NCBI GenBank assembly: GCA_963803805.1
Contig: CAWDOD010000001.1
Location: 1 to 64,000 of the forward strand
Length of the DNA stretch: 64,000 nt
DNA from: an uncultured cyanobacterium
Lineage (GTDB): Bacteria; Cyanobacteriota; Cyanobacteriia; Cyanobacteriales; CAWCAG01
Direction of reading: 5' to 3'
Notes under the pieces: model-generated
Databases searched by the model: none
Seen by the model: the letters and a program-made list of their open reading frames with translations, nothing else
Told to the model about the DNA's origin: nothing
Translations under genes and position numbers: made by a program
Shown: one piece after another, positions 25,456 to 36,344 of the stretch
How the letters are laid out: each line of letters opens with the position of its first letter
Position numbering within the stretch: position 1 is the stretch's first letter

Positions 25456-25491
25456 ATACCTTTAGCTGAACAATAATACAGCTAAAGGTAT
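25456..25491. terminator. Stem-loop downstream of 25497..26207
   Basis: ATACCTTTAGCTG ... CAGCTAAAGGTAT inverted repeat. Confidence 0.6.
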
Positions 25492-25496
25492 TGATG

Positions 25497-26207
25497 CTAC
25501 GCTGCGTATTTCTTAAGAAATTCGATTTTACTTAAATGATCTTTGAGGTACTCTTCAATACCTGTAGCCTTATAATTCTTTCCGCACCAATCTGTGTAAC
25601 ATTTACAATGCTCTTTTATTGAGGATTTATAATTAGAACATAGGTCAAGGATATTGCCTTCATAGCAATATCCATTCTCATAATCTATCCTAAAGAATGC
25701 TTTGAAAAAGCTTCCAGAAGGAAGCTTTTTAGCCGTTTCTCGCAGAAAACTATTGGCCTCGATTAAAAGTTCTTTGCTAGGTGTTGACTTTGTACAAAAC
25801 TCTTGTCCTGTTTCCACATTAATGTAGATTTTTTTAGGTAAAATTTTCTTTCTTTCTTCTGTATACTCTTTTAGTAGAAACCCTTTGTGTAAAGACTTGC
25901 CTACCCATTCTAAGTAATAAGCAATCACCTCATTGTAAGTGGCAATTTTAGTCATAAACCCTGACGAGAACTTTCCTTTCCCATCTTCTAATAACTCAAC
26001 CTTAATAACTAAAAGTTCTACGTGAGCAGGTTCGCCGTCTGGGTTGAAAAAAATTGCGGTTTCATCTGGATTACATATCATCAATACAGGTATACCTTTC
26101 TCAGGTTCTAGTCCTAAAGACTGGATAAAATTCATCCCTTTTTCTACCAGTTTTTGGCTTACGTGAGCCGGTAATTTTTCTATTGATGTTTGATATTGAG
26201 TATTCAC
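25497..26207 (-). CDS. Hypothetical protein
   Basis: 236-aa ORF, no recognised motif. Confidence 0.7.
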   Translation of the reverse strand: MNTQYQTSIEKLPAHVSQKLVEKGMNFIQSLGLEPEKGIPVLMICNPDETAIFFNPDGEPAHVELLVIKVELLEDGKGKFSSGFMTKIATYNEVIAYYLEWVGKSLHKGFLLKEYTEERKKILPKKIYINVETGQEFCTKSTPSKELLIEANSFLRETAKKLPSGSFFKAFFRIDYENGYCYEGNILDLCSNYKSSIKEHCKCYTDWCGKNYKATGIEEYLKDHLSKIEFLKKYAA

Positions 26208-26460
26208 TTTTACTTCTTGGTTTCTGTGACATTTTTATTATAATACACGGTGACAAAAATGTCAATACTTGCTGGTAAAATCGTGCTATGACTTACGGGC
26301 TTCAGGTGCAAAATGCCCAAAATACTAACGATCATTAGTCTGGAAAAAGGGCAATTCCCTTTGACTACCTCCTTTGCTAACTACCAAAATTAAATAGCTT
26401 CCAAATACTTATTGTCACCTAACTTAGTTATTCCATACTCAAAAAGAGTACAGTATTCAG

Positions 26461-26850
26461 TTTTACTTCCTAATGGAAGTCGCAACAGCTCTATTTCCAG
26501 ACTGATAAACTAGCTTATAAAGAGTTTCAACTTCTTTACTTCCTAATGGAAGTCGCAACTAGATTAATCAAGGAGAAACAAAATGGGTAAAACCGTTTCA
26601 ACTTCTTTACTTCCTAATGGAAGTCGCAACCCTTCACATATAAAATCGGACTAGATAGTAACGTATTCGTTTCAACTTCTTTACTTCCTAATGGAAGTCG
26701 CAACTTGTCTGATTTAGAAGGAACTCTACCAACTTTAAATTGTTTCAACTTCTTTACTTCCTAATGGAAGTCGCAACGAAAAAGTGCGGAAATGGCAAAT
26801 CTGGCATTGGTGGTGTTTCAACTTCTTTACTTCCTAATGGAAGTCGCAAC
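26461..26850 (-). CRISPR. CRISPR array, 5 full repeats plus 1 truncated, GTTGCGAC repeat variant
   Basis: Repeats at 26524, 26595, 26669, 26742 and 26815; leader 26851-27045 lies downstream of the cmr operon. Confidence 0.97.
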
Positions 26851-27215
26851 CCTCTCATTTTAAACCCTTGCTCTGCCTGGTGTCTAGAAGCGGTTTTTCA
26901 TCACCTCCCTAAAACACTCATGTTGACGATAAAAACAACAGAGAGAAAGCACTTCTAAGCTCTGTAGAACAAGGGATTCATCACCTCAACGAAACAATGA
27001 GGGTTTCAGAGAATCTCCGAGGTGATGAACTTTCAGGCTTAAATGACAATTAGAATAGCTTTTTAGCTAAACTCAAAAAACTTCTAAACCTAGTGATAAC
27101 AGAGATTGACTTTCTTGATTTTTTAAAATCAACACAACATTTACCGATAAATAGTCCTTTTGCAAGACAAAAGATAAATCAGTTAATTCTTTTAAAAAAC
27201 CCTATTCAAACAACC

Positions 27216-28854
27216 TTAACCAGACCAAACCTTCTCAAACCCCTTACTTCCTAAACTCCTCTCCACCTCTCTATCAAAAACAGAAAGCAAACAGAAATCA
27301 AGATATTCCCTCACTGCATAACCAGAAGTACGCTTGTTTGTACTACCACACCAACCAGGTTTATCTGGGTTATTGCTAGTACGACAAACCCCATGGACAA
27401 TATCTCTCCATTGCTCTTTGTTCCCTTGCCAAATACTCACCAAACTACCCTTATCAGTAGATTGAGAAGGACGAGGGAGAGCTTTTTGAGGACGACGGGG
27501 AGGTGCTTTTAAACCTGGAGCTAACTTAGTAGTTGTTGACTTTGGTTTACTAGGTTGAGGTAACAGACTCAAACCATTCTCCTCTGCCAATACCTTCAAT
27601 AAACTTAGTAAATGGGTAAGTAAATCAGATAGGGGCAAATCAGAATTACTGGGACTAAAGGAAAACTGGCTACCCCTGAAAACCCGATGGTTCATCTCAT
27701 GGGGCGGTCTACGCCAACCAGGGCCTAATCCCCCTAAACGACTGGATAACTCTAGTAAATGGTTAATTAAATCCTCAAACTTGTTACTGCAATCAACATT
27801 AATCAACCAAACCTCATGAGGATCTCTTTTTGGCATATTACTATAACCGTTATCCGGAACTGTGCTAAATTTCGGCTGCTGTATTTTCTTCAAATAGCTA
27901 GTCAACACCAACTGCCCCGGACAACTCAACCCCCCAAAGATAATGTCAGTCAGCTTTTGGCTATCTTTTTTATTTAAAATTCGCAAAGCTAAACGGGTAA
28001 AATAGCCCCGTAAATTAGCCCGCAAAACCTGGGGACTCCAACGATACTTACCCACTTGGTTAGACCTGTTGTCATGGGTCTGATAACAAGGCTTCATCCC
28101 CTCTAACCTAATTTGCCATTTCCCCTCCGGAATCTTCTCAGCCAAACGCCCAAAACCACTCCTAGTTCCCCTACCAATACCTTGCTGCTGCAACATAGCT
28201 AGCAGAGCCTGCTGCAACCACTTTTTTTCGTCGTCTGTAGAATCATTCTTAAGTAACACCTGCAAAGTAAACTTATCTGCACTGTAAGGATTGGGAGGAT
28301 GTTTAGGAGGTACTTGCCACTGTACCCCCAGTTTCCCTGGATCTTTCATCAAAAATCTGCCATTCCTGCTGTGGATTAAGAGGGAAAGGTTTAAGATTTT
28401 TCAACAACACACTCTCAAAGCGAATCTTCCTCGGCAACCAAGCCTGCCTATCTGGACTCATCAAACGTGACCAAAAACCCTGTTGTTGCTGGTCTAAACT
28501 TGACCACTGCTTACGCAACCAACTTAACAAAGCTCCCTTAACACTAGAACCAGGAATCCAAGGTACACCATTCACCTGAGCAGGTAAAGTACCCCCTTCA
28601 AAGAAGCTGTCGCCCCCAACTTGAATAGGACTAATCACCTTTAACCCTGACAATTTCACCGTATGCAACTTAGCTGGCTGGGGTGAACAACTACCATTCC
28701 AAGCATTAACAACTTCATAATTATTAGACTTCTCAACAATATCCCCAGTTTCCGGTGTCCAACCTTTATATTTGTATTCTTCCGTCTCGTCTCCAATCGG
28801 TTTAACCCTATACCAATCCGGCATCTCTGTCGGCAAAGCTAATCTCTTACTCAC
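27216..28854 (-). CDS. Two-RAMP protein, Cmr6-Cmr1-like fusion (frameshift near 28340)
   Basis: PWIPGSSVKGAL and GIGRGTRSGFG; second RAMP LRANLRGYF...IFGG...LGGLGPGWRR. Confidence 0.8.
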
Positions 28855-28970
28855 AATTAAATCCTCTTAAATTACAAAAACGGCATCAGTAAATGTAGGT
28901 ACGATTTCTGCTCCCACATAAAATCTAACTAGCCTCTCCAAAGCCAAAAGCTAAAAGCTAAAAGCTAAAA

Positions 28971-29396
28971 TCAAACCTCCCTATTCCCAACATCTTTAAG
29001 ACGCATCGTCCAAAACTGAATGGTGGCAGAAATCTCGATTAACAAATCTGCTAACAAAACCTGCTCATTAAAATTTAGCTCCATTAACTTGTTTTGAAAT
29101 TCCTGAGTAGTCATATCCTGCCTAATTCCCAACTCACCTACTACTTCACACAAAACTAACCTAGCCACAGCCCAAGCAAAGTAACGTCTTTCCTCATCCT
29201 TTCCGGAATCAGCTTCAGGAATTCCCCCTTCTCTAAGCACAGGCGATCGCGACATAGCCCAAAATCTCTCCAATCCCCAACTAGCAACATAATCAGCAAT
29301 GCCACTAGCAGCACCCTGCCAATTATCTAAGCTTTGCTTACCTTCTTTTAGTTTCTCAAATACCTTCTTGTCTAACTCGTAGTGAATAACTCCCAT
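28971..29396 (-). CDS. cmr5: Cmr5-like small subunit
   Basis: 141-aa helical protein between cmr4 and cmr6; YVASWGLERFWA. Confidence 0.7.
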   Translation of the reverse strand: MGVIHYELDKKVFEKLKEGKQSLDNWQGAASGIADYVASWGLERFWAMSRSPVLREGGIPEADSGKDEERRYFAWAVARLVLCEVVGELGIRQDMTTQEFQNKLMELNFNEQVLLADLLIEISATIQFWTMRLKDVGNREV

Positions 29397-30182
29397 TACT
29401 TTTCCTTCTCCACAGCCACAACTTTAATACGCCCATAACCTACACTCCACAAACCACCAAGGAAATGCTCACTATGCAAAAATTTCGACCATTTTGATAA
29501 ATGGTCAACCTTGCCCCTAGTAGTCCAAGAAAGGCTAAAAACTGCACCAGGGGGAAATCCTTCCACAGCAAAGAGATTCTCCACCAAGGAACCCTTTTCA
29601 TTAGGTTCATCCCGTAAACTTACCCTTGGCTGCCGCACAATTCCCATATCTACCAGAAGGTTAATACTTTCATCAGGTACAACAATACGGCGATTCTCTG
29701 TTACATCACCAGGGGCTGGTAAGCTTTTACCGTCTGAATATATTAACGTTAGCAAGCTTCAACCACCGTAGGAAAACCGTCTTATTTTCCAATGCAGGTT
29801 CTGTAACATAAACCTGATCAGGCTTCAAATTGCTAGGAGTCTGCCCTGATAATTGTTGAAAACGCTTCAACCAACTTACACAACTAACCCACCAAGTCCC
29901 ATAACCCAGAACATGAACAGGCCACCACACAGGCCAACCCCAACCTAATGAGATGTAGCCTGGAGAAATGTTATCTCCCTCTCCTCCAAACCAATTATTC
30001 ACATATCCCTTATAGTCCTCATCTCCATTAGCGTGTTCCCGCAAAGCCCCTCGTAAAGAGCTTCCTGGAATAGCAGGACTACGGTCGGGTAAACGAAACA
30101 CAGGGTTATTATTCCCCCTAGAGCTACTATCAGCCCCACCAATATGCACTGGCTCTTGACAAACTAACCATTCTACAGACAT
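29396..30182 (-). CDS. cmr4: Cmr4 backbone RAMP (frameshift near 29740)
   Basis: PVHIGG, PAIPGSSLRGALR, LFAVE, LGGLWSVGYG. Confidence 0.85.
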
Positions 30183-30194
30183 TAATATTAATCC

Positions 30195-31222
30195 TCAAAA
30201 TAACCACAAATGACCGTAACCCAAAGCATCCCGATGATAATCATCAGGTAAAGGCCCTGATTGCTGTATAGGTGCATCCTGCCAAAGATAAACTGCTCCA
30301 GCCGGAGTTAACCATTCCCCTGGTGTCAAAACCTTAACTTTCTTGTTGTTACTACTATCGTTCGACCCTGAAGACTTTTTGCGAGGAGGAACTTTCTTCC
30401 AAGATTGCCAAGGAATAGCTTCTTCTGCGGCATAAGCTTTTACTTTGCAGTCAGGGTAGGGTAAAGAAACAGGAAGTCGTCCTTTTTGCCACAAAGCCCC
30501 AGTCAACAGAATAGCTTCTGTTGACCTTTTCTGGAGCTTCACCAATCTGTTCCCAAGACTTGAGAGGCTTCTCTACCTTCTTAATAGCTACAGGTGTGCC
30601 CCCAGCCCCAAGGGTACTCAATCTTGGTGTCTCCTCATTATCCCCAATCACTTTCACCAAAATTGACCAACCAGGATGTAGGTAAGTAGCCATTTCTGCA
30701 AAGAATCCTCCCTCATCTTTGACCTGAAAATCTTCACGGCTATTGTGACTGAGAGTTAAAGTTTCCCAAGGCAGTTTTTGTAGGGGTAAAGGAGAACGAG
30801 GAAACTTACCTGATTGCCAAAAGCTCTTTAAAGCTTGAGTACTAATCAAATAGCGACCGCCAATAACTTCAATCTCCTGCTTCTCATGTTCCGGTTGCTT
30901 ACTCCACATCCCTGCGACATCATCCCAAAGTAAGCGATACATATTCTTTGGTATCTCATCGGTACTTTGTCTCCCCTTAACAAGGGTGTAAACGGGTAAG
31001 GGTAAAGGTACATAAAACTCATTACCACCTTGATACCAAAAAGGCCCCCAGAGTTTATGATGACGATGATTTTCCTTACGGTTATCTAGCTTTAAGCAAG
31101 CAGCTAAATGATGCCCATTAGGAGGCCAGCGACAACCAACTTGCCCACTGTTTTGTCCTACAGGAGTTAAATTACCGATGGCAATCAGGGCCAGAAGGAG
31201 TAAGAGAATACCAGTTTGTCAT
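30195..31222 (-). CDS. cmr3: Cmr3 (several frameshifts)
   Basis: Starts MTNWYSLTP..RWPP..LWGPFW..YVPLP (read manually, ATG at 31222); LGAGG, LLTGALW, PAGAVY, ALGYG. Confidence 0.8.
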
Positions 31223-31304
31223 AGTTAATGAAATGGAAAATTGTTCTAATGGTGAAGCCCTGTTTAATGGCTCTTTGGCTACTTTCTCAGCTAAAAGCTA
31301 ACAG

Positions 31305-33527
31305 CTAATCACTAATCACCCCCTCCAACCAAGTCTCACGCTCCCTATCCTGACGAGCTAAGAAACCGCGAAGAGCAAGCCAGTTTCTCCACCATTGCCA
31401 AGAGCCAATTTCTTGACGTAGGTTTTTCCCTGCCCCTAGCTGCTCAATTTGACTCCATTGCAAAGGTAGACCAACACTAGCCCAGAGAGTATCAAGAAGT
31501 TCTTTGACTGTTTGAGGAGAGTTGATTTCTAAGTTAGTAGTTTCTAAGTAAAACAGTAACTTCTCCCAAACATTCAACTCGGTTTTATCCTGCTGTTTAG
31601 CTTCTACCCCCATCAACAAATGCCACAACTTCCAGGGACAAGTCCATTGCAGAGATTGACCACTATTAAAAAGCACCTCCACACAAACACGCTCTCGCCC
31701 TGCTTCTTTAGCTTTTTTGTATGCAGCATTTAAAGTCCGATGCCAGAGAGATTGAGGAATGCGTCTTTGAGCAATCACCAAGCCAAGACTAAAAGTCATT
31801 TGCTTTCCTGGAACAGGATAGACTTGCTCCTCATAGTTGACCCAACCATCAAGAGACATAGCAGTAGTTAGAGGGTTTTCTTCACCTTGCCACAAACTAT
31901 GTAAATTACTGGTTAAAGAAACTGCATCAGTCAGGGGGCCAAGAAGCAAAAAGTCATCACCACCAGCGAAAATCACTTTACCATTGTGATGTTTCTCTGT
32001 GAGGGCATAGAGTAATTTATTCCATAGCCCAAACAAAACAGAAATATCTAACATATGAGGTAAATCTATTTTCCTAGCTTGGGATGGTACATTCGGTTGA
32101 GAAGTTACCAGATTTTCTTGGTTAATAATTTCTGGAGTAAGATGCCATTGTGACCAAAGCAATTTGAGAGCTTTGTACTTTTCTCCAGACAGCCACTCAC
32201 TAAACTTGTCTCCATCACCACGCCAACCCACAGTCCACTCAATAGTGCTTTCCCAACCTTTAGTAACATCACTATCCCAAATCTCTAGTAATTCGTGGTC
32301 ATCAACATTACGTCTTTCTAAAGCACGGGGATGGTCAAACTGTTTGTAACTATCTATTCTCGGCATTCCCCATTCCTTCTTTTTACTAGAAGAATCAGGA
32401 AAATAATCTTTTTCTAAAGCACTAATCTTTTGATTCCAAACTTGGGGGTCAACACCAGCATCACCTATCCAAGCCGCCGCCGCCGCAGTACGATCAGGAA
32501 ATCTCTCCCATGGGCAAAAGGGTAAGGAATCCCTATTAACCCATAACCTAGTCAGGGTGGGACGAATAATCTCTGGTATAGATGCTAAACGCTTCACCAT
32601 CTCCAAACTGTTCAGGCGATCGCTGCTAGAAAACAAACCCGCAAGATGAGTTTCTCGGCGTTGAGATAGTTTTTGCCACCAATTTTTGAGATTATCTTCT
32701 GGCAATCCCCAAGTACCACCTTTGTCGATAGGTTTTAAGCCAGGATGCCATACAGAAAGAGAACCAGCACTAGGACTAGTTTTTCCGGCCCACCACTGCT
32801 TTTGCCAGCTACGACCTATTTTTTGTGCCTCCAGATGTTGGTGGAGTTTGGCTAAGGTAGCTGTAATAGTTTCTGGATTACTGATATTGAGGGGGGCTTG
32901 ACTAATATAAACTGACCAAAGGTGTTGACAATCTCCACGAATTACTTGCCACCCTACCCCATTTAAAAGGGTACGTTCATAGGAGATTGCCGATTGTTCT
33001 AAACAGCGTACAAATTCGCTCCATTCCCTTTGCACTATATCCTTTATTTCTTCTAACCAGCCCTTTTCGTTAGGAAAAATGCCAGTAAAAATGTTGGGTA
33101 ATTCTGCTTGCCAAAAAGATTCGTCTTGGTGAAACGACTCTTTTTTTAACCATTGCACTAAAGGTACAGAGCGATGTAGAGGTAACAACACTTTGCCCCC
33201 TCTCCGTTCCCAGTGATAAATTACTACAGCACTGAGATAGTGACAAAGCCAAGAACTTACAGCCCAATCCCTCAACCTTTGCCCACCTCCTAAAAAAGTT
33301 TGCACTGGGCCAAAGGTTAATACTCCCAACTGGTTTAAATTAGGATCAACACCCTCTAACTGTGCTGCTGTTTCTTGAGTTGCTCCCCCTCCCCACCAGA
33401 GTTGCGATCGCAAGTAAGCAGATTCTTGCCATTGCCCACTAAGGGGATGAATAGAAAGAGTAGGATCTTCTTGAGATACTTGAGTATATAATTCCCTTTG
33501 GCGTTGTAACCAAGTTTCTATTTGCAT
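31305..33527 (-). CDS. cas10: Cas10/Cmr2, no HD domain, intact GGDD palm
   Basis: FGPVQTFLGGGQRLRDWAVSSWL; GDGD; IFAGGDDFL; FSLGLVIA. Confidence 0.93.
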   Translation of the reverse strand: MQIETWLQRQRELYTQVSQEDPTLSIHPLSGQWQESAYLRSQLWWGGGATQETAAQLEGVDPNLNQLGVLTFGPVQTFLGGGQRLRDWAVSSWLCHYLSAVVIYHWERRGGKVLLPLHRSVPLVQWLKKESFHQDESFWQAELPNIFTGIFPNEKGWLEEIKDIVQREWSEFVRCLEQSAISYERTLLNGVGWQVIRGDCQHLWSVYISQAPLNISNPETITATLAKLHQHLEAQKIGRSWQKQWWAGKTSPSAGSLSVWHPGLKPIDKGGTWGLPEDNLKNWWQKLSQRRETHLAGLFSSSDRLNSLEMVKRLASIPEIIRPTLTRLWVNRDSLPFCPWERFPDRTAAAAAWIGDAGVDPQVWNQKISALEKDYFPDSSSKKKEWGMPRIDSYKQFDHPRALERRNVDDHELLEIWDSDVTKGWESTIEWTVGWRGDGDKFSEWLSGEKYKALKLLWSQWHLTPEIINQENLVTSQPNVPSQARKIDLPHMLDISVLFGLWNKLLYALTEKHHNGKVIFAGGDDFLLLGPLTDAVSLTSNLHSLWQGEENPLTTAMSLDGWVNYEEQVYPVPGKQMTFSLGLVIAQRRIPQSLWHRTLNAAYKKAKEAGRERVCVEVLFNSGQSLQWTCPWKLWHLLMGVEAKQQDKTELNVWEKLLFYLETTNLEINSPQTVKELLDTLWASVGLPLQWSQIEQLGAGKNLRQEIGSWQWWRNWLALRGFLARQDRERETWLEGVISD

Positions 33528-34972
33528 TAAAGACTTTCCTGAACTTCCGAGGTTAAGTTGTGGTAATACTTAATTCTTTGATTGACTTCCGTAGCTGCAT
33601 CAGCTAGATAAATAATGTATTTCAACCATTGCACTGCTACTTCTGAAGGGTGATTTTTGTTAGTTACGGAATGATATTTTTCGGTTTTTTTATCTAAACT
33701 TTCATCAATAACATCCCCTAGTAAAGAGTGATAAAGATTATTACGAATGTGGGTAAAAGCCATCTTAAACTCTGAATCTATTTCCCAACACCGACAATAA
33801 AACTGTTTAAAGTCTCTCCATTCAGCAGTGTCGGCTATAGCATCAACCTTGTGACCATCAAAATAACCATCACTTAGTAACTTATTAACCACTTTGCCGA
33901 TACTTAGAAAACGTCTATCACTACCTGGCTCTTTGCATTGCAGCTTTCCCCCTTCCCTTTGCCAAATATACTTTCCGAAACTTTGCTTTTCTACCAAACA
34001 CCACAAAGCCAACTCTAAAGCCCCTGCTATCCTCATATACCAGTGCATCCATTGCCCCCGCTCCCGAAAAGCCTTTTCACTCCAAAGAGCGATCGCTATT
34101 CTTTCAATCACTTCTTGTCTGGGAGTTAAGCCTAGTTTTAAAGCTGCGACATTTAAAGAGACTGCATAATCAAGAGTTTTTAACTTCTGCTCAATTCCTT
34201 CTGTTAAATAATTCTCCGCAATAGTCAAGACACCGCTAAAATCCTGAATAGCTATTAACTGTTGAATTTGCGGCACTTTCAACCGCCAGCGCCAATGATT
34301 ACCTTCGTGACTGTAATAGCGGGAGTTTTCTTTGGAGATATAAACAAATTCTACTGGTTGTTTGGCTAGCTTCTGCTCAATTCCCCATAGATACAAAGCG
34401 CTACTTAATGCCGGAGTACCACTACTATGTTGAATAACAATCTTTTCTATTTCAACTTTCTCTTCTTTGGTAGTTTGAAAGAAAAGAGTATTCTTCTGAG
34501 CTAGAATTAGTTGATTAAAACGTTGATTAACCAACTCTGCCATTCCTTCCCAATCTGCTGCACCTTTATCGATATGGGAACTAATTTCTAAGGGAATAGG
34601 ATAATAATTAATCTGCTGTTGTTTACACCAATACTCAAGAATATTACGCCACCAATAACCATCAGAAGCAATAATTTCTTGTATCGCTTGACTTTCTAGA
34701 TTCTGGTGACTCGCTAGCCAGCTACTTTGTTGAGTTAAGATTACTCCCAAATAAACATCTTCTTGCTTCCCTTCCTTTGCATATTCCTGCCAAACTTGGC
34801 GAATCTGCGGGAAATCTACCCTTTCTATTTCCTCTAACAATTCCTCATCATTTATCTGTGCTACCTCCTCAGCATCTTCTACTGTATAAGCTGTTTGCAA
34901 TCTTGCTGCCCCTTCATCGGAATCTACGAGAACATCACTGTTTCCCAAGACTTGCAGGATTAAAGTTTTCAT
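33527..34972 (-). CDS. CARF-HEPN ancillary RNase (Csx1/Csm6-like)
   Basis: N-terminal LQVLGNSD, CARF-like HSSGTPALSSAL, HEPN RxxxxH (RNNLYH). Stop overlaps the cas10 start. Confidence 0.75.
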   Translation of the reverse strand: MKTLILQVLGNSDVLVDSDEGAARLQTAYTVEDAEEVAQINDEELLEEIERVDFPQIRQVWQEYAKEGKQEDVYLGVILTQQSSWLASHQNLESQAIQEIIASDGYWWRNILEYWCKQQQINYYPIPLEISSHIDKGAADWEGMAELVNQRFNQLILAQKNTLFFQTTKEEKVEIEKIVIQHSSGTPALSSALYLWGIEQKLAKQPVEFVYISKENSRYYSHEGNHWRWRLKVPQIQQLIAIQDFSGVLTIAENYLTEGIEQKLKTLDYAVSLNVAALKLGLTPRQEVIERIAIALWSEKAFRERGQWMHWYMRIAGALELALWCLVEKQSFGKYIWQREGGKLQCKEPGSDRRFLSIGKVVNKLLSDGYFDGHKVDAIADTAEWRDFKQFYCRCWEIDSEFKMAFTHIRNNLYHSLLGDVIDESLDKKTEKYHSVTNKNHPSEVAVQWLKYIIYLADAATEVNQRIKYYHNLTSEVQESL

Positions 34973-35186
34973 CTTCTAGGTTTGTAAGTTGTTTTCCTCG
35001 CTCAGAAACTATAGCTACACCACTTTTTGCTTTATTCAACTTAGATACTATCAGAAGTAGTAGAGAAAACCTAGAGTTTGATAATACTTTCTCCAATTGT
35101 TTAAATGCTTATGTCTTATTCTCCGACTAGCTTTTAAAGATTAAGCTTAAATATAATCAATATTATCTTTATCTTGACAGTCTCTT

Positions 35187-36344
35187 ATGACCAAAAAAAA
35201 TATCTACCACCGCTATAGTGACTTACTAGCTTTTGAGAGATTGATGATTTTGGTGGCTACCTTAGCCCGTTATCCAGGGGTAGGTAGCAGAGATAATCCT
35301 TTGTTGAAAAACCAAGACCCTTTGGAACAGTTATTAGCTATGATGCAGGAGGTAGCCACCGAAGTTGAAGTAGACTTACCTAACTATTCAATTCATACTC
35401 TCCGTAAAGATTTGGCCACACTACGCAACTATGGAATTTTGCAACAGCATATGTATCGCTGGGGCTATTATTTAGGTACTGGGGCTTTAGACAAGGTAGA
35501 GTTACGTTTTGCCCTCAATGCCTTGCGATCGCAGGTGGAATATCAAGAAGATCCTTTGGTTAGACAAACTTATAGCAAACTGAAACGGCGTTTACGGCAA
35601 TTTGATTTAGAAGAAGAGTTTAGTTATCCCCTAAGAACACAACTGAGTAAGGTTATTGTCTACACTAGTCCTGAAGAGATGATGCAAGAAGGTAAATATA
35701 GAGGGACTTTGTTTGAGAAGTTGGGGGAAATTGAGGAAGCAATTTTACAAGGACAAGCTATAGAAATAAAGCGAGTTCGTAATCCTCATCAAAAAGGTAA
35801 GGGACTCTTTTTACAAAGTATCTGGCCCTTACAGTTAATCTACCATGATATTGCCTGGTATCTTCTCCATGAGAACTATGAGAATGGTCATTTAGCTATA
35901 TCCCGTTTAGACCGTTTCAATGGTTATTATCAAGCTTTGGATGTACCCGCTAGGGGAATTCAAGCACAGCTAGAGAGTTTGCAAACGGCTAAGGAGTTGT
36001 TGAGAAATGGTTGGGGATTGTATTTAGGTAAGTTTGAGGAACAGTTAGAAGAGAAGGAAGGTAAGGGAAATTTAGTTGAGGTTAAGGTACGCTTTTTTGG
36101 TGATGCGATTGCTTTTGTTTTAGAAGGGGAGAAGCGTCATCATTCTCAAAGGATTAAGAAAGGGGCTATAGATGCAGAAGGTTGGCTTACTTGTATAGAT
36201 TATGAAATTAAGTTACCTCGGCGTTCCCTAAAAGAGTTTAGTTATTGGGTTAATCGTTTTTTTGGTAAAGCTGTTTTCAAGCAACCTAGCTTTATGGCAG
36301 AAGAGCAAGTTTCGCAGGCTAAGGCTTTGTTGGAAAGAGGGTAA
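35187..36344 (+). CDS. HTH-WYL transcriptional regulator, divergent from the cas operon
   Basis: TLRKDLATLRNYGIL HTH; PLQLIYHDIAWYLL; RLDRF. Confidence 0.9.
   Translation: MTKKNIYHRYSDLLAFERLMILVATLARYPGVGSRDNPLLKNQDPLEQLLAMMQEVATEVEVDLPNYSIHTLRKDLATLRNYGILQQHMYRWGYYLGTGALDKVELRFALNALRSQVEYQEDPLVRQTYSKLKRRLRQFDLEEEFSYPLRTQLSKVIVYTSPEEMMQEGKYRGTLFEKLGEIEEAILQGQAIEIKRVRNPHQKGKGLFLQSIWPLQLIYHDIAWYLLHENYENGHLAISRLDRFNGYYQALDVPARGIQAQLESLQTAKELLRNGWGLYLGKFEEQLEEKEGKGNLVEVKVRFFGDAIAFVLEGEKRHHSQRIKKGAIDAEGWLTCIDYEIKLPRRSLKEFSYWVNRFFGKAVFKQPSFMAEEQVSQAKALLERG

Larger units (their letters stand above)
1..27203. repeat. Giant imperfect inverted repeat (fold-back); arm 1-13783 mirrors 13785-27203
   Basis: Base 1 AGGGTTTTTTTAAAAGAATTAACTGAT is the reverse complement of about 27179-27203 apart from one T. 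The same ORFs and arrays appear in mirror order, e.g. 246..464- equals 26740..26958+ and 4871..5065- equals 22160..22354+. Confidence 0.97.

Noticed and set aside
27216-31222. cmr operon as pseudogenised or using programmed frameshifts
   Set aside because: Single-base indels are common in this assembly and differ between the two arms for the same genes, so sequencing error is the simpler reading. It needs polishing to settle.
34973-35186. WYL operator palindrome in the divergent promoter
   Set aside because: No convincing inverted repeat could be picked out by eye.
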